A stretch of 63,732 bases of DNA, the filler included, from Intoshia linei (Eukaryota; Animalia; Orthonectida), in NCBI GenBank assembly GCA_001642005.1. It is 8 parts of 8 records of this genome, joined end to end, with 100 filler letters (N's around TTAATTAATTAA, not from the genome) between each part and the next. Parts side by side here need not be neighbours in the genome. Positions count along the whole stretch, not along the records: positions 12,075 to 19,888 come from LWCA01001527.1; positions 19,989 to 30,391 come from LWCA01001271.1; 6 more parts are not named here. One strand, 5' to 3'. The notes under the pieces were generated by a model that was given only the letters and a program-made list of their open reading frames with translations, searched no databases and was not told the origin of the DNA. A program made the translations under genes and the position numbers. This document shows positions 11,975-24,990 of this stretch, piece after piece. Every line of letters starts with the position of its first letter. Position 1 is the stretch's first letter.

Positions 11975-12074
11975 NNNNNNNNNNNNNNNNNNNNNNNNNN
12001 NNNNNNNNNNNNNNNNNNTTAATTAATTAANNNNNNNNNNNNNNNNNNNNNNNNNNNNNNNNNNNNNNNNNNNN
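11975..12074. other. Scaffold gap with artificial linker; identical gaps at 19889-19988, 30392-30491, 51197-51296, 54403-54502, 60111-60210, 62474-62573
   Basis: Each is N44-TTAATTAATTAA-N44 (100 nt); the 12-mer has stops in all six frames. Confidence 0.97.
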
Positions 12075-14299
12075 TTAAAATCGTGAGTAAACTTATCAAA
12101 AATTTGTTTCTTCATCCTAATAATGTACACATTATTTTCTCGATACCCCAATATGCTTAATTTTTCCAATGTTTCAATGACATCACACTCCATGATACCA
12201 GTTGTATCCATAATATCTTTAATAGAAATAGATTCAACATTTTGATTCTCAATCCAATCATGATATTATCATAAACAATGTTGCTAAGTGAATATGTTAC
12301 ATGTTGGTCAGAATTTAATGACCATAAATTACCAATACTTTAATTACTATTAACATGAGAAATTACATATCCTTCGTTTTCAGCTCTTTCGAGCATGGTC
12401 TTATTTCGCAGATCAGGTAATAGTATTAATTCAATTTAAATTGGGTGGTTCGTGTAATTCGTCACATATGCTTTTAAATGTGTTGAGTAATCTTGGTAGT
12501 AATTTATAAAATGTTGAGTTTTTATTATTTTTGATTTCCGGTTCCATATCAATTATATTAAATATATCAATTTGATTTGAAATAACTCACACAAGTGTAG
12601 TGTTAAAATTTGTTGAATTTTATTTGTATTTTTACTTGGTTTAACAAATGTATGAGAAATTTAAATTCCAAGATATAGATTAAAATGAATCAATTAAATT
12701 ATTACTTAATTTTTATTTTTAATGGATTAATTATATCAGAAATAAAGTTTTTAATTATGGATGAGAATAAGATTGGATTTATAAACAATATTCACCAACA
12801 TTTTTTATATTTAAGTACACTGTAACACAGTTCATTCATCGCACAAAGACATTGTTTATAATTTAGTGCAGATCAATTTGTGTACATTCTACAATTTATC
12901 AGGCTATACGCATTTTAGCTAGGTTACAATTTTATAATCACAATTAAAAATTGTGCAGTGCGAAATTAATATTGTTGATATACATTTGTATATGTATGGA
13001 GACAAAAAAGTTTAGTTTTGACAGGTCACTTTTATATCTCAAGTTGAGACTCAATAAAACAACATTTATGAATGAATTGTCATAAGTTAGATCCTATTTA
13101 CAATTAATTAGATTGTTAGTAAGTTTACATTATGTTAATAAGTACTCCTTATACTAATTAATACACATGTACAACGTATTAACACTTAATTTAAGTGAGA
13201 GTTGCTAAAAATATCAGTCTGAGTATGTGTAATACATACTGTGTATCCATTTATTTAGAAAACTAACAGTGTCAGAATTTTACAGAACAATAATTCTAAG
13301 TCAGTTTTTAGAATCATTAAGTAAGATTAATTTCAACTTGACAAATTTGCATCTTCACGCTATAAAACCCAAATTATACTTTTTTAAAAAATAAAAAAAA
13401 CTAATACATAATAATAGTCTTCCAGATAATAATAATGTTAATAATAATAACCTTTTCAGAAATAGAAAAATTTTTCAATCTCAAAAAATAACGCCTCCAT
13501 GATCAAAAAGAAATTTATCTATCGATTTTAATTTTACAGTGTTGTGCACTGATATACAAGCTATTGTGTATTTATATACGAACTCTTGTGCACTTATATA
13601 CGGACCATTTTAACTTTTGATTGTATTGCACGGCATTATATAATGTTATAAAATTATTAAATTGTTATTGTTGATTAATAAAAATACCGTCTAACGAATC
13701 TTTAAAATATGAATTTGTACTATTATTCCAAAAAAAAATTAGTTTAAAAAGTAATTTTTATTGCCAAAATGTCACTAGACTCCGACGGTAATTTATTTAA
13801 TTTTTTTTTGCAATATTAAAATTGCATGAATATAGTTATTTACATAAAATAGATAATAAATATAAATAATATCTACGGTAATAAAATATTCACAAAAGTA
13901 ATGAATTAAATTGTATCATTTTTAAATTCGTTTTACTCTTAATATTATACTCTTTTTTTTAAAAATAAAAAAAAATTCCAAGAATTTTATAAAACATAAA
14001 TTCTAAGATACATGTAGTAATTTAAATTATTATTTACATTATCAATAGAGCAAGTAAAAGTTAATTAAGTTAATTTTATATATGTTAATTAGCATGTAAT
14101 TCTAAGCATGATCATACCAATATTATGTTTATTAATTAGCTAATTAAAATTTTATAAAGTGAATAAAGTCATTTTATTTTTCTAAAAGTTAATAAAGTCA
14201 TTTTTTTGAAATTAAAAATAAACACTTCTATTTCATTCTAAAGGCTTCATTTTTACAGGAAAAATTTTGATCATCACGAAATGATGTAACATTCTTTTA

Positions 14300-14995
14300 G
14301 ATGCCAAAAACTACAAAATCTCCTCATTTCAAAATGAACAACATAATGAATGTATTCTAATGAATTCAAGATAACTGATAATTCATTTAGTTGTATAAAT
14401 TGCAATTGCACTGTTTCCTATGAAAAAATGCACTTTATTAAAGTTCACAGAAACACAAAAAAAACACAGATTGCCAAACGATACTCCTCCTCTACCTAAA
14501 TTTTTAAATATGTCTCATGATTTTACTGATCAAATTTTGGAGGCATTTATATCTGCGGATATTCCACTCTATAAACTAAACAACCCTAAAATTAAGGCCT
14601 TATTTAATGATTTAATAATAAATTGAGCTAAAGCGGCGGTCAACCAACTTGGATTAAACAATGCTTTGATTCAAATATGTACATATTTATTTCTGTTAGA
14701 TGTAATAAAAATGGCTCAAAAATCGTCATTTAGCATAGAAAAGGCCTACAATGTATTATGCAATTTGTCCTATGATTCGGATCCCTGCATCATAAAGAAT
14801 TATATTAAGAAACGTCTAATGAAAAACGACATATATGCCATTATGAATAATATATATTCAAACAAATCCCCAATATTATATCATTTTTGAAGGAACGCTC
14901 CTTCTTAAAAAAAATTGTGACTAAACAGAGACCATTAACACCTGAAAATATCAAAAAATACATAATTTTGTATCACAACAATAATTTCTTTGAAA
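14300..14995 (+). pseudogene. Internally deleted hAT/CGGBP-like transposase relic
   Basis: Fragments ILEAFISADIPLYKLNNPKIK and, after 14890, ER.....KKIVTKQRPLTPENI, resembling a hAT C-terminus; frameshifted. Confidence 0.5.
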
Positions 14996-15899
14996 AAATA
15001 CTAAAATATTATCATTAAATAGCGGTTGAACCCTCAACATTTTCACTAAAAGAAATTAAAATGGTATTTTTTAGTAATTTATTTGTAGTTTATGACATCC
15101 ATTTCCCGGAGCAAAAATTATCTTTAGCGATATATTGTTGGAGCGATAAATCTTAAAGCGACATAATTATCATTAATTTTTTTACAAAATTTTGGTGGGT
15201 TTCTTTATTCATATTTAATTATTATTTTTATTATCTTATATTCATAATTTAAAGAACAAAATTTTTTAAGGGAATATTTTTTTGTATGGTTCTATGTTTA
15301 AAAATATAGTTTAAAAAGATTCCTTGTCATATTATAAGCTCATATATATATTTAAAATATATTTGAATAATAATAATAAAAATATAACATAAATTATAGA
15401 AAAAATACAAATTATCAAATTTAAAGTTTTTAAAAACAATATTGATGTTTAATTATTTTGGTAACTACGCGACACATGTCTCTGCAATTTTCAAATTATT
15501 AATTAATGATCAACCCCTTCGCTTTCATAATAAAATTTGTGAGAAAGTCGTTAAAAAGTTCGAAAATATTGTTTTTTTTATATTATAATCAGTGGCGGCT
15601 TGTAAATAAAATAATTGATGGGCTGCAAAAAAAATAGATACTATTTAAAAAAATGTATTTATATATAAATTCCATTCGATGGTTTTTTGATTTTACAAAC
15701 TCTTCATTGACAGTGTCGTTAAAATTATCGATAGAAATTTATTTTTCATCAATTGAATTTGAACATGTCTATTACACGTTGAAATTGTGACTTTCAGTGT
15801 GTAAGCTACATACTGAAATTCACTAGTCGTAGACTACAAACAGTGCAGCCCATAGTATTAAATTTTCAATAAAAATTAAAATTTGGGGTTTATGTGTTG

Positions 15900-16323
15900 A
15901 ATTGTAATATAAAATTATAATTTATTGCATTATCATAAATTGCAACCTCAAAAAAGTGCATTTTCACGATCAAAATCACTGATTACCCTTTGATTATAAA
16001 TGAAAACAGCCCTAGAAATTTAAAAAAATTAGAGATTATACAGTTATATTTTTTTAACACACTTAAAAATTTCAATCTTACAAAGTGACGCTTTAACGGT
16101 CAAAAAATGTACTTTAGTATTCATTTTATTTCGAAACAAAAAAAAAATTTAAAATAATTAACGCTCCTATTATTCAAAAAAAATTATTCTAATACAGATT
16201 ATTCCAGTTGATACACATTCAAAATTTAATTTATTTTGATGGTATTCATGTATTAAAAATGTGCCATCGGCAGAGTTAAGTGTTGTATGTGTGTAGTACA
16301 TTAAATCTTAACAGTCAACCTAG
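15900..16323 (+). mobile_element. Helitron 3' portion
   Basis: Family internal blocks followed by ATGTGCCATCGGCAGAG...GTACA..AACAGTCAACCTAG|T. Confidence 0.6.
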
Positions 16324-17304
16324 TATTATTATACAGTCTAAGTCCTTATTAACAGAATTCAAATTTAGTTAATTTTGTTAATATGGAATTTTCCCTATAG
16401 TAACGCCCTTGTTAATGGAATTTAATGTTTTTAAATAAAAACCATTAAATTGTCATATTTCTTGTTATGATGAGTTTTTGAATAATACATGACAAAGTAA
16501 TATATGCAAAATATTAAGTACATACAAGAAAGATACACGTAAAATGTATTTTAGAGTCTATAAAGAGTCTAATAAATCTATATTGACATTGGAGAATAAG
16601 ATTACATTAATTTTTGCGCATTAAAGATAAATAAAAAACCTTTTTTTGTATTGTATGTTTAATGTTATTTCTTTTTTGTCCATTTCTGGTACTCTAATTC
16701 CTTTGATATTGACTTTATTAATACTATATACTTCATAGTATTTTAAATTTAAATCTACATTTAAAAAGTTATAGTCATCAAAAAATAAAAATGAATGCAA
16801 TCAACAATAATAATAATGAATGGTCAATTGAAATGTATAAAAAATGTGCATTGTACAAATGTAGTTGTAATAAATTTACCTGAAATTATACTGGAAAAGT
16901 GTATGAAAAATTGTAAAATTAAAAAAAATTTATTCGATATTATAATTATTTATATCAATAATTTATCGTGTAAATATGTAATAAAATAGTAAAATATGTT
17001 AACGTATGGATTATATTAATAAACTTTATTTTGATTAAATATTGAACGACATCATAGTTCTCAAGTCGGGTATTTAAAAATTTGGACAGTCACTTTAAAA
17101 ATTATAGAATTAAGGGCCACGGAACAATTTTGGGCAACTAAGAAGAATTGAAAAATCATCATAATTATACAATGTAAACAAATATAAAATTATTACAAGT
17201 ATGGTTGTATAAGTGCGATCAAATATATCTTCGATTCTATTGGCAAAAATTTGCTAAAACTTTGTAAATCCAATTTATGGAAATATTAATTTTGCTTAAA
17301 TTAA

Positions 17305-17810
17305 CCCTTACATACATTGACTATAATTAAAAATGAATTTATGGCATAGCTGTTAATTCTGCTCAAATTTAGCAAAAATTAAGCACAATTTATATGTAGA
17401 ATTTGCTCATAAAATATTAGTACCAAAGTCATAAATATGTTTATAACTATTTAAAATTTAAAAAGAACATTTAGTTGAAAAAATAAATTTAAACCAAATT
17501 GAAATTTACAATTTTTTGGAATATTCTTTATAAATCCAGAGTTTACTGTGTGTTAATTACAAATTTAATTTAAAATTATATTTACATTTATGATACAGAA
17601 TTTGAATCGCTCATATTGAATCGATTTGAATGATGATCCTTGAAACAGTGAGGATGAAGTGCCATATATGAACCCTTCCTATTTAAACAGGCATTGCATT
17701 GATATCTCGTTCGAGATTTTACACCTGTTTTTACACAATAAGAACATAATCGTGATTTTTTATCAGGAATTATTGTAGGCATATGATCAATAGATTCTAA
17801 TTCCACTTCC
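17305..17810 (-). mobile_element. piggyBac 3' end with cysteine-rich C-terminal domain
   Basis: ORF 17588-17806 HMP...RLCSYC...RTRYQCNAC...LHPHCFKDHH (piggyBac CRD). Terminus TTAA|CCCTTACATACAT at 17301-17317. Confidence 0.8.
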
Positions 17811-18533
17811 TTAATAGAGTCGCTCTATAATCTAGGCTTTAGATATAAATTTACATGCCAAGCCGATTTTGAGCGTTGTAACTATGTATAATCTGATTAT
17901 TTAAATGAGCAGATTTTTGAAATCATCATGAGGACTCGTGAGCAAAAACACGACCCATGTGTACATCACGGAACTAGACTGTGATGTACTTTCTACAAAC
18001 AGCACCTACTTCTACACAGGACTCGTTTGATTTTCAAAAAAAAAATGAATAGGGTTTTTTACCGGTAAGATGTAAGTTTCTGGAATTGAAATTTATCTTA
18101 CTTTCTCCACGGAAAACTGTTTTAGAAATGTGAACTTTTTTAAAATTTTTTAGAAAAACTCATTCTATTCCACGACACCGGTAATTATCGGTAATAATTT
18201 ACCGATATTGAAGTATTACAAACAAATAATTAAATTATAGTTTGAATAATTATTTTAATTTTGAACTATAATTACAAAATCTACACAAAAGACGTGTTTT
18301 TCCTGTATCAGAATCTCTGATGACGATAAATTTATAATTATTAATGCAAGAATCTCAAACTTGTCAAGGTAATCTGCCGATAACTGGTGACATTACTTGA
18401 CACTCGGACATTTAACGGAATTTTTGTAGTTTAGAAAAATTCACAGTCCGTTAATCAAAAATTTTTTTCAGTTAACTAGGATTTTTTTTCCGTTAAATAA
18501 GAATTAGCCAGTATAAAAGCAATGGGATACATG

Positions 18534-19275
18534 TAGTGATTGTGCCGGGGAAAAAAATTGGGACAAATTCCCGGGATTTTTACGATTTCCCGGGATGTCC
18601 CGAAAAAAATTGAGAAATACGTGTATTTGATTTATGTTTGTTATTACTATGAAAATATGATTATATTATAATATTTAAAATTTACCATTTCAAAAATCCC
18701 ACCACTAATAAAATTTAATCAAAAATATCATTTCAAGCCCTTATAAAATTTAAAAAAATTATGAAAAAAATTTAATTTTCCAGCCCTTAATGGAAAAATA
18801 TCCTTTTTCCAATTCTTTTTTTAAAAACCTCTTATTCCAACCACAAATTACTAACGTTTAAGGGAATTATCCTCTTTTTCCAATACTATTTTGAAGAATG
18901 TTATGAGTTGTTACGAACTGGAACGCTATCATCAAGATTGTTAAAATTAAAGGAAGCTCTTATGACCGTTCAACCTACGTCAACGCAAAATGAAAGAATT
19001 TTCTCTACTGCTTCTAATTTTGTTACAAAACGTAGAACGCGTTTAAAAAACAAATCTATTAATATTATGTGTGTTTTGAAACACTTTTTCAACAATCTAA
19101 AATAAATAAATTTTTTTATAATTAAATTTGTAAATTTCAATCTAGATTCGTGTTATTTCATTCATTAAGTTTCTTCTGTTTTTAAAATTAATTAAGATCT
19201 CTAAAATTTTTAATGCTTCTATATTATATATGAATAAAAAATTTTTTTAGTTTTCCCGGGAAATCGCAATCACTA
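18534..19275 (+). mobile_element. hAT deletion derivative
   Basis: TIRs TAGTGATTG / CAATCACTA, TSD GATACATG/GATACATA, CCCGGGA subterminal repeats. ORF 18908-19105 QPTSTQNERIFSTASNFVTKRRTRL is the hAT dimerisation domain. Confidence 0.88.
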
Positions 19276-19411
19276 GATACATAAGCTCATTTAGCTTAGC
19301 GTTTTTCCATAAATTCAAATCTTAATTCAATTAATTATAATTACATAATATGTGAAAAATAATTTGAAAATGGATTATCCAAAAAATCAAGTGGAACATT
19401 ATTTAAGTTAA

Positions 19412-19888
19412 CCCTTACATACATAACATGCTATTTTTGCACTGTTAATAAAATTACCACTGTGCAAAAACAGCATGTTTAAAAAACAATACATAGACGA
19501 ACAACGCAAAAAGAGCATGTTTAAAAAACACTGCATAAACGAACAACGCAGAAATAGCATGTGGAAATTCCTGATTCTATTGAAAAAATTTTTTATTTGA
19601 TTTTTACGGATGAATTATTTGACTACATAGTACTAATAACCAATGAACGCATTCATCGATCAATTTGTGATGAACCTGATTCAAAATTTATTAAAGATGT
19701 AAATACATATAAAATTCGAAATTACGTAATGATTATTGTGTTTATGGGTATTTATCGATTTCCTGAATTGAGGGACTATTGGTACAATGATTTTTTTACT
19801 GTTAATTCAGTTAAATCTGCACTATCCTACAAACAATTTACTGAAATTAATCGGTTCATAAATATGTGCTCCACTCATATTAATGATT
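19412..19888 (+). mobile_element. piggyBac 5' end with transposase N-terminal fragment
   Basis: TTAA|CCCTTACATACAT terminus, ~42-bp subterminal tandem repeat (19465-19561), ORF FYLIFTDELFDYIVLITNE...IVFMGIYRFPELRDYW; cut by gap. Confidence 0.85.
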
Positions 19889-19988
19889 NNNNNNNNNNNN
19901 NNNNNNNNNNNNNNNNNNNNNNNNNNNNNNNNTTAATTAATTAANNNNNNNNNNNNNNNNNNNNNNNNNNNNNNNNNNNNNNNNNNNN

Positions 19989-20662
19989 TTTTTGACATAT
20001 TGGCCAAAGTGACAATTTGGTTTAAATCCTCCATATTTGGATAATGAGCTTCTTTAGTAAAGCTGGGGTCATTTAATAAATCAGAAGAATTACTTGTATC
20101 GATATAAGATGATGAGGTAGTCAACTTCTTTTTAGATTCATTAATATATGGGATTGTTGATGATGACAATGTAGGGTAAATCTTCCAGTTGTTCACTTTT
20201 ACAATTTGGTATAGTCCATATTCTTGCAGTATTGAAATATTTTTTACTGTTCATCAAATTCACATAACAAAAATTGCAAATATATTTAGGAATCCATTTT
20301 CCATGTATTCGATATTCGGTATTCGACCATAAAATTTTTTATAAAATTCGCCACACTTGTTTGTATCATGAATTAAATATTTTTTCTTTGTCTTAAAACG
20401 ATCTTAAATAAAAAAGATCCGCAAAGTAAACAAAATTTATTTGAATTTTTTGTTTGACAGTTGCAATTCATATTTATCAATTTAAACTTATTTCATCTCA
20501 TATCCAAATAGCAACTCAATTTTGATTGGTTAATTTTATTTGGCCTATATCTCGGAAACTAGATCTAATTATCTATTAATATTTTATCAGTCATTATATT
20601 ATCATGATGAGATCATAATTATATAGATTTGATTAATCTCTTTTTTGGAGTGTTGTACTGTG
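19989..20662 (-). mobile_element. Chapaev3-like transposon 5' part (degenerate transposase N-terminus)
   Basis: CACAG start near 20662. From ATG 20471: MNCNC...KFCLLCG, then KWIPKYICNFC..L, IWTIP, IYPTLSS..IP, PNMEDLNQIV.LANMSK, paralleling FCYICG / WAPH..C..C / VWREP / YP.L.SA.RP / ELNDLVRDL.LSK. Confidence 0.65.
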
Positions 20663-20669
20663 TAATTTA

Positions 20670-20945
20670 AAAAAATGGGATAACAATTTTTTTTAAAATT
20701 CTATATACAAGAATGTCAACAAAATAAATTTAACGTGGAATAATTAATTTTAAATTAAAAGGTAATGTGATATGACGGGTCCACGTAACGATTTTGGAAC
20801 CAGCCTTTAAATGATTTATAATACTGCATAGTAGAATTTTTAGATTAAATTTTCTTATTGAATTTATTTTTCTGGTAGAATAAAAATGTGCGCCCTCGGC
20901 AGAACTAGGATGCTGTTTGTACGAAGTACATAACAGTCAAGCTAG
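20670..20945 (+). mobile_element. Helitron 3' end
   Basis: CTGTTTGTAC-GAA-GTACATAACAG hairpin then TCAAG-CTAG|T at 20942-20946. Confidence 0.75.
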
Positions 20946-21188
20946 TACATAATATTTTGTTACATTTCAACTTATCCTATCTAATAACATTTTTGTACAT
21001 TGAAATAATACATAATTGTTTATATTTAGGTTAATAAGTATTAATGACTATTTTAAATTTATAAATAATGTAACTTATCTTATTATAAATAAGATAAAGT
21101 GTACAATGTACATATGAATGTAATATGACATGAAGTTTGATGATTTGAACAATTTAAGGATTAAAGATTTAATAAAATGTGACTAAGA

Positions 21189-23702
21189 ATGGTGAAATTA
21201 TTACAATTAATTATGATACTACTAATGTCTGGAGTAGAAAATGATGAAAACAAATTAATCAAGACATATAGAAATACAAATGGTATAATATACGTAAATT
21301 TGGATGTATTAGAAAATGAAACTGGAATGATTGCTGATTTAACAAAATATTCTGAAAAAAGTACATGCAAACTGGATAGAATCCGATTTAGAAAAACACC
21401 AAAATTTTTAAAATTTATTGATATTGATCCGTGCAAAATATACATAAAATCAAATTATACATTAGATTATGAAAATGATTACAAATATGGAAAAATTGTA
21501 ATACCAGTAATAATTCTTAGAAAAGATGATATATACAATTATGGAACTATTATTGAAACACTCGTGTTTGTGATATTAAAAATAATCGATGTAAATGATG
21601 AAATTCCATTTTTTTTGAATTATAAAGACCCATTTGTCATAAAAATTAACAATTCAGACACATCTATTAGAATTGTACATCACATCATAGGAAGAGACGA
21701 CGACGACCATTCAAAATTAATATACAAATTTGAGTATGGTGATAGTGACAGATTTGCAATTGATTCAAATTCGGGAATTATTGAAAATGTAATGACAAGT
21801 CCTTTTCAACAGTTGGTTTATAATTATGGAATATCTATTCAAGACGTGGCATCTTCATCTATCCAAAAAAGTAAAGTATTAAAATTAAAGATAGTCATTG
21901 TCAATAATCATAAACCTTTGGCAATGTCTTTAAACAATACTTCTAAATATCAATTTAACATTATAGAAGAATTGCCAATTGGATCTGAAATTGCAAACTT
22001 TAAAAGTTTATTCAATTTAAATGGTCAAGGCTTATTTGAAATATTCAAAGTTGATACAATTATTAATTCACCTTCAATTGTTACTATTCCAAATGTAAAT
22101 AATATTGATGAATCTCAAAATTTTAGGATTAATTTTACAACGGGGATATTATCATTGAATAATATTATTGATTTTGAAAATTCATCAAACAGTTTCCATT
22201 TTCAAGTTAAATTATCAAAAATTTTAAATTCTGTTACCATATTTCAGAGTCACTTTGTAAATATTCAAATACTTGATATTAATGATAATACACCTACTTT
22301 TACTAAACAATTATACTATGTTACAATGTTTGAAGAAAATAATACAAATACTACAATTATTGATATTTCGGCAGTAGATAATGACAGCAACGTTAATGCT
22401 GAAATTACTTTTTCAATTAATAATACGGATTTTTATATCATTTCTAAAAATAATATTGCATCCATATATAGTTTTAATTCGATCGATTATGAAATGATAC
22501 GAGATGATCCTAAATATAACTTGAACGTGACAGCAGTGGATAGCGGCACACCCTCAAGAACATCGAGCACGTTATTGATAATTTATATCATAAATGTTAA
22601 TGATAATGTACCTGTTTTTAATAGTTCAAATGATTTTGTATACGTAGATAGAAATATAAAAGTAAATTCGATTATATACCAAGTTAATGCGACAGATGCT
22701 GATTTAGACAACATTACGTTTTCTATAAACCTGAATAGCTTTTATCCGTATGATAGATTTCAAATAGACAATGTTACCGGTGCAGTTTCTATAGTGCAGC
22801 CCTATGAAGATAATATTGATGAGTACATTTTGAATATTATAGTTAAAGATGATGGATCGTGTTGTGGCATGTCCAACACTGGTATTTCGTTATCTTCTAC
22901 AAAAATGCTGGGAGTTAGGGCAATAGCTTTAACGTCAACTACTAGTGAATTATTAACTACAAATACTATCGCTTTTAAATTAACATCAAGCTCCAGTTTA
23001 TCTACTATTGTTTCAACTAATACTAACCCTTTGACTACACCACCATTTCCATATACCTCGAATACTACCAGTAAAACTACTTTTAAAACAACAAACGTTT
23101 CGACATTTTCCACAGTAATAACAACACCCGCCACAGTTTCCTATTCCTCTACAACGACATCCCATCAAAATACAAGTCAAAACTCTACAACCCCTTTCAT
23201 TAGTTCATCTAGCTCTAATCCAGAAACAAGCTGCACAACTCAGAAAGCATTTACTCCCACAATACCAACTTCCTCATTTACAACAATAACACATATTGTC
23301 ACAAACAGTATCATGAATAGTATGTTTATCTATTCGTCTACGCCGTTGACATCCACAAGTGAAAAATCCTCTTCAACTGGATTCACTTCAACCACTTTGT
23401 CGCCTAGTTCGAATTACAGTACTACAAATATTTTCACCACTTCATCGTTTTCTAATCCAGAAACAACTCTTACAATTACAACTACATCAACGTCCATAAT
23501 TCCTTCTTTAAAATCTACTACTAAAAGCCAAGTAATTATTTTGACTACTTTTGAACCGACTTCAATTAAATCGACTCGTATATTGTCACATTCTACTCAG
23601 AAATGTGAAATAATTAAATCAAACAATAAATTGGAATATGCGGCAAACACACTGAAAAATTTATTTAAAAATTTTTTACGTAATTATTTAATAAATATAT
23701 AG
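21189..23702 (+). CDS. Cadherin-repeat protein (about 5 EC repeats, neural/type III cadherin-like) with Ser/Thr-rich mucin-like C-terminal region, single ORF
   Basis: 837 aa: hydrophobic N-terminus; LDYE, IIDVNDEIPFF, IDFE, ILDINDNTPTF, AVDND, IDYE, AVDSGTP, INVNDNVPVF, ATDAD, KDDGSCC; then ~220 aa T/S/P-rich; no TM segment. Confidence 0.9.
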   Translation: MVKLLQLIMILLMSGVENDENKLIKTYRNTNGIIYVNLDVLENETGMIADLTKYSEKSTCKLDRIRFRKTPKFLKFIDIDPCKIYIKSNYTLDYENDYKYGKIVIPVIILRKDDIYNYGTIIETLVFVILKIIDVNDEIPFFLNYKDPFVIKINNSDTSIRIVHHIIGRDDDDHSKLIYKFEYGDSDRFAIDSNSGIIENVMTSPFQQLVYNYGISIQDVASSSIQKSKVLKLKIVIVNNHKPLAMSLNNTSKYQFNIIEELPIGSEIANFKSLFNLNGQGLFEIFKVDTIINSPSIVTIPNVNNIDESQNFRINFTTGILSLNNIIDFENSSNSFHFQVKLSKILNSVTIFQSHFVNIQILDINDNTPTFTKQLYYVTMFEENNTNTTIIDISAVDNDSNVNAEITFSINNTDFYIISKNNIASIYSFNSIDYEMIRDDPKYNLNVTAVDSGTPSRTSSTLLIIYIINVNDNVPVFNSSNDFVYVDRNIKVNSIIYQVNATDADLDNITFSINLNSFYPYDRFQIDNVTGAVSIVQPYEDNIDEYILNIIVKDDGSCCGMSNTGISLSSTKMLGVRAIALTSTTSELLTTNTIAFKLTSSSSLSTIVSTNTNPLTTPPFPYTSNTTSKTTFKTTNVSTFSTVITTPATVSYSSTTTSHQNTSQNSTTPFISSSSSNPETSCTTQKAFTPTIPTSSFTTITHIVTNSIMNSMFIYSSTPLTSTSEKSSSTGFTSTTLSPSSNYSTTNIFTTSSFSNPETTLTITTTSTSIIPSLKSTTKSQVIILTTFEPTSIKSTRILSHSTQKCEIIKSNNKLEYAANTLKNLFKNFLRNYLINI

Positions 23703-24990
23703 TACACAGGTTTTTTATCAAAATTTTTGAAAGGCTAATCGTATATTTGTGTATACAATTTTTAGTTTCCCATTAAGTTAATGATTAACGGCCATCGTTC
23801 GTTTCTACGATTTTTTGTTTGTTATTTTTAATGAAAAATAATGATTTTAAAAAATCATTATTAGAAAAACATCTTAATCCAACCCAAAATAAAAAATTCA
23901 ATTTTAGCAACCATTAAACATTAACTTAAGGTTAAAAATCAATTTCCGATATTTTTTTTTAAAATTCGATTTTATCAAATCTTACGAGAAAAAACTACTA
24001 ATCCAACCACAAAATAAAAAACCAATTTTACCAACTGTGAATGAAAAAATTCCTTTTCTATTATTTTTTTGACTAATCCAAAAACATGAATAAATAATCA
24101 ATTTAATTACAGTGACATTTTACCCCTCTGATAACAAAATGTAAAATGATATAGAATATTTTTATTTTCGTCACAAAAAACTTCCGCGTCTTTATCTTTT
24201 TCTGTTTTCCTAACATTTTTCATAGTAAAAAAATATGGCAACCTTTTTTCCCGTAGTTGTCATGCATTTCTTATCACATTAATACATAATCATACGATAT
24301 AACATAGATCATGTGACACTTATCATATTAATTAAAAAAAATCAATAAAAAATCGTTTATTTTAGACACAGTTCACGGACAAACTTTTCGTCATTTTTAA
24401 AAAAACTATATAATTTCAAAAAAAGGCATGAATTTATATGAACTGGGTCAAAATATTTTAAATGCTTCTACTTAAATATTTTTTAAGTACTATTGTAAAA
24501 AAAATTTGTTAAGTTTATAATATTAAGAGTAAAACGTATTTAAAAATGATAAAATTTAATTCATTACTTTTGTGAATATTTTATTACCGTAGATACTATT
24601 TATATTTCTTAACTATTTTTTTACGCAAGTACATTTTTACAAATAAAATTGGTACGAATTAAAATTAAATTAAATTTAACAAACAAATATGATTTACATT
24701 TGTTTATAGTTTTTCAACATACATGTATATTTTCAACTTTAATAACATTAATTAATGTGGAAAATGATCTTTCACAATTTTCATGGTCATTATTATACCG
24801 TATAATTTAACAAAATATGAAAATAATTCTGACATTTCTTGTAAACTTTTAAATGATGCAATCATATATATTTTAAAAATTAGTCATTTATTTATTTAAA
24901 AAAATGGGTAGTACCAGAAAATCGACTACCTTTGATCATATCTAAATTAGTTTAATAATTTAATTGAATAATTAATTATGGTTAAATTTT

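Noticed and set aside
11975-12074. Recurrent TTAATTAATTAA palindrome flanked by Ns (7 copies)
   Set aside because: Artificial six-frame-stop scaffold linker; ORFs running through X residues are artefacts and contiguity across these gaps is unproven.
12075-12547. Coding-like minus-strand segment starting MEPEIKNN
   Set aside because: Interrupted by stops, cut by gap, no recognisable motif; cannot support a call.
19465-19561. ~42-bp direct repeats resembling a mini CRISPR array
   Set aside because: Contiguous tandem units without unique spacers, inside a piggyBac end, eukaryotic context, no cas genes.
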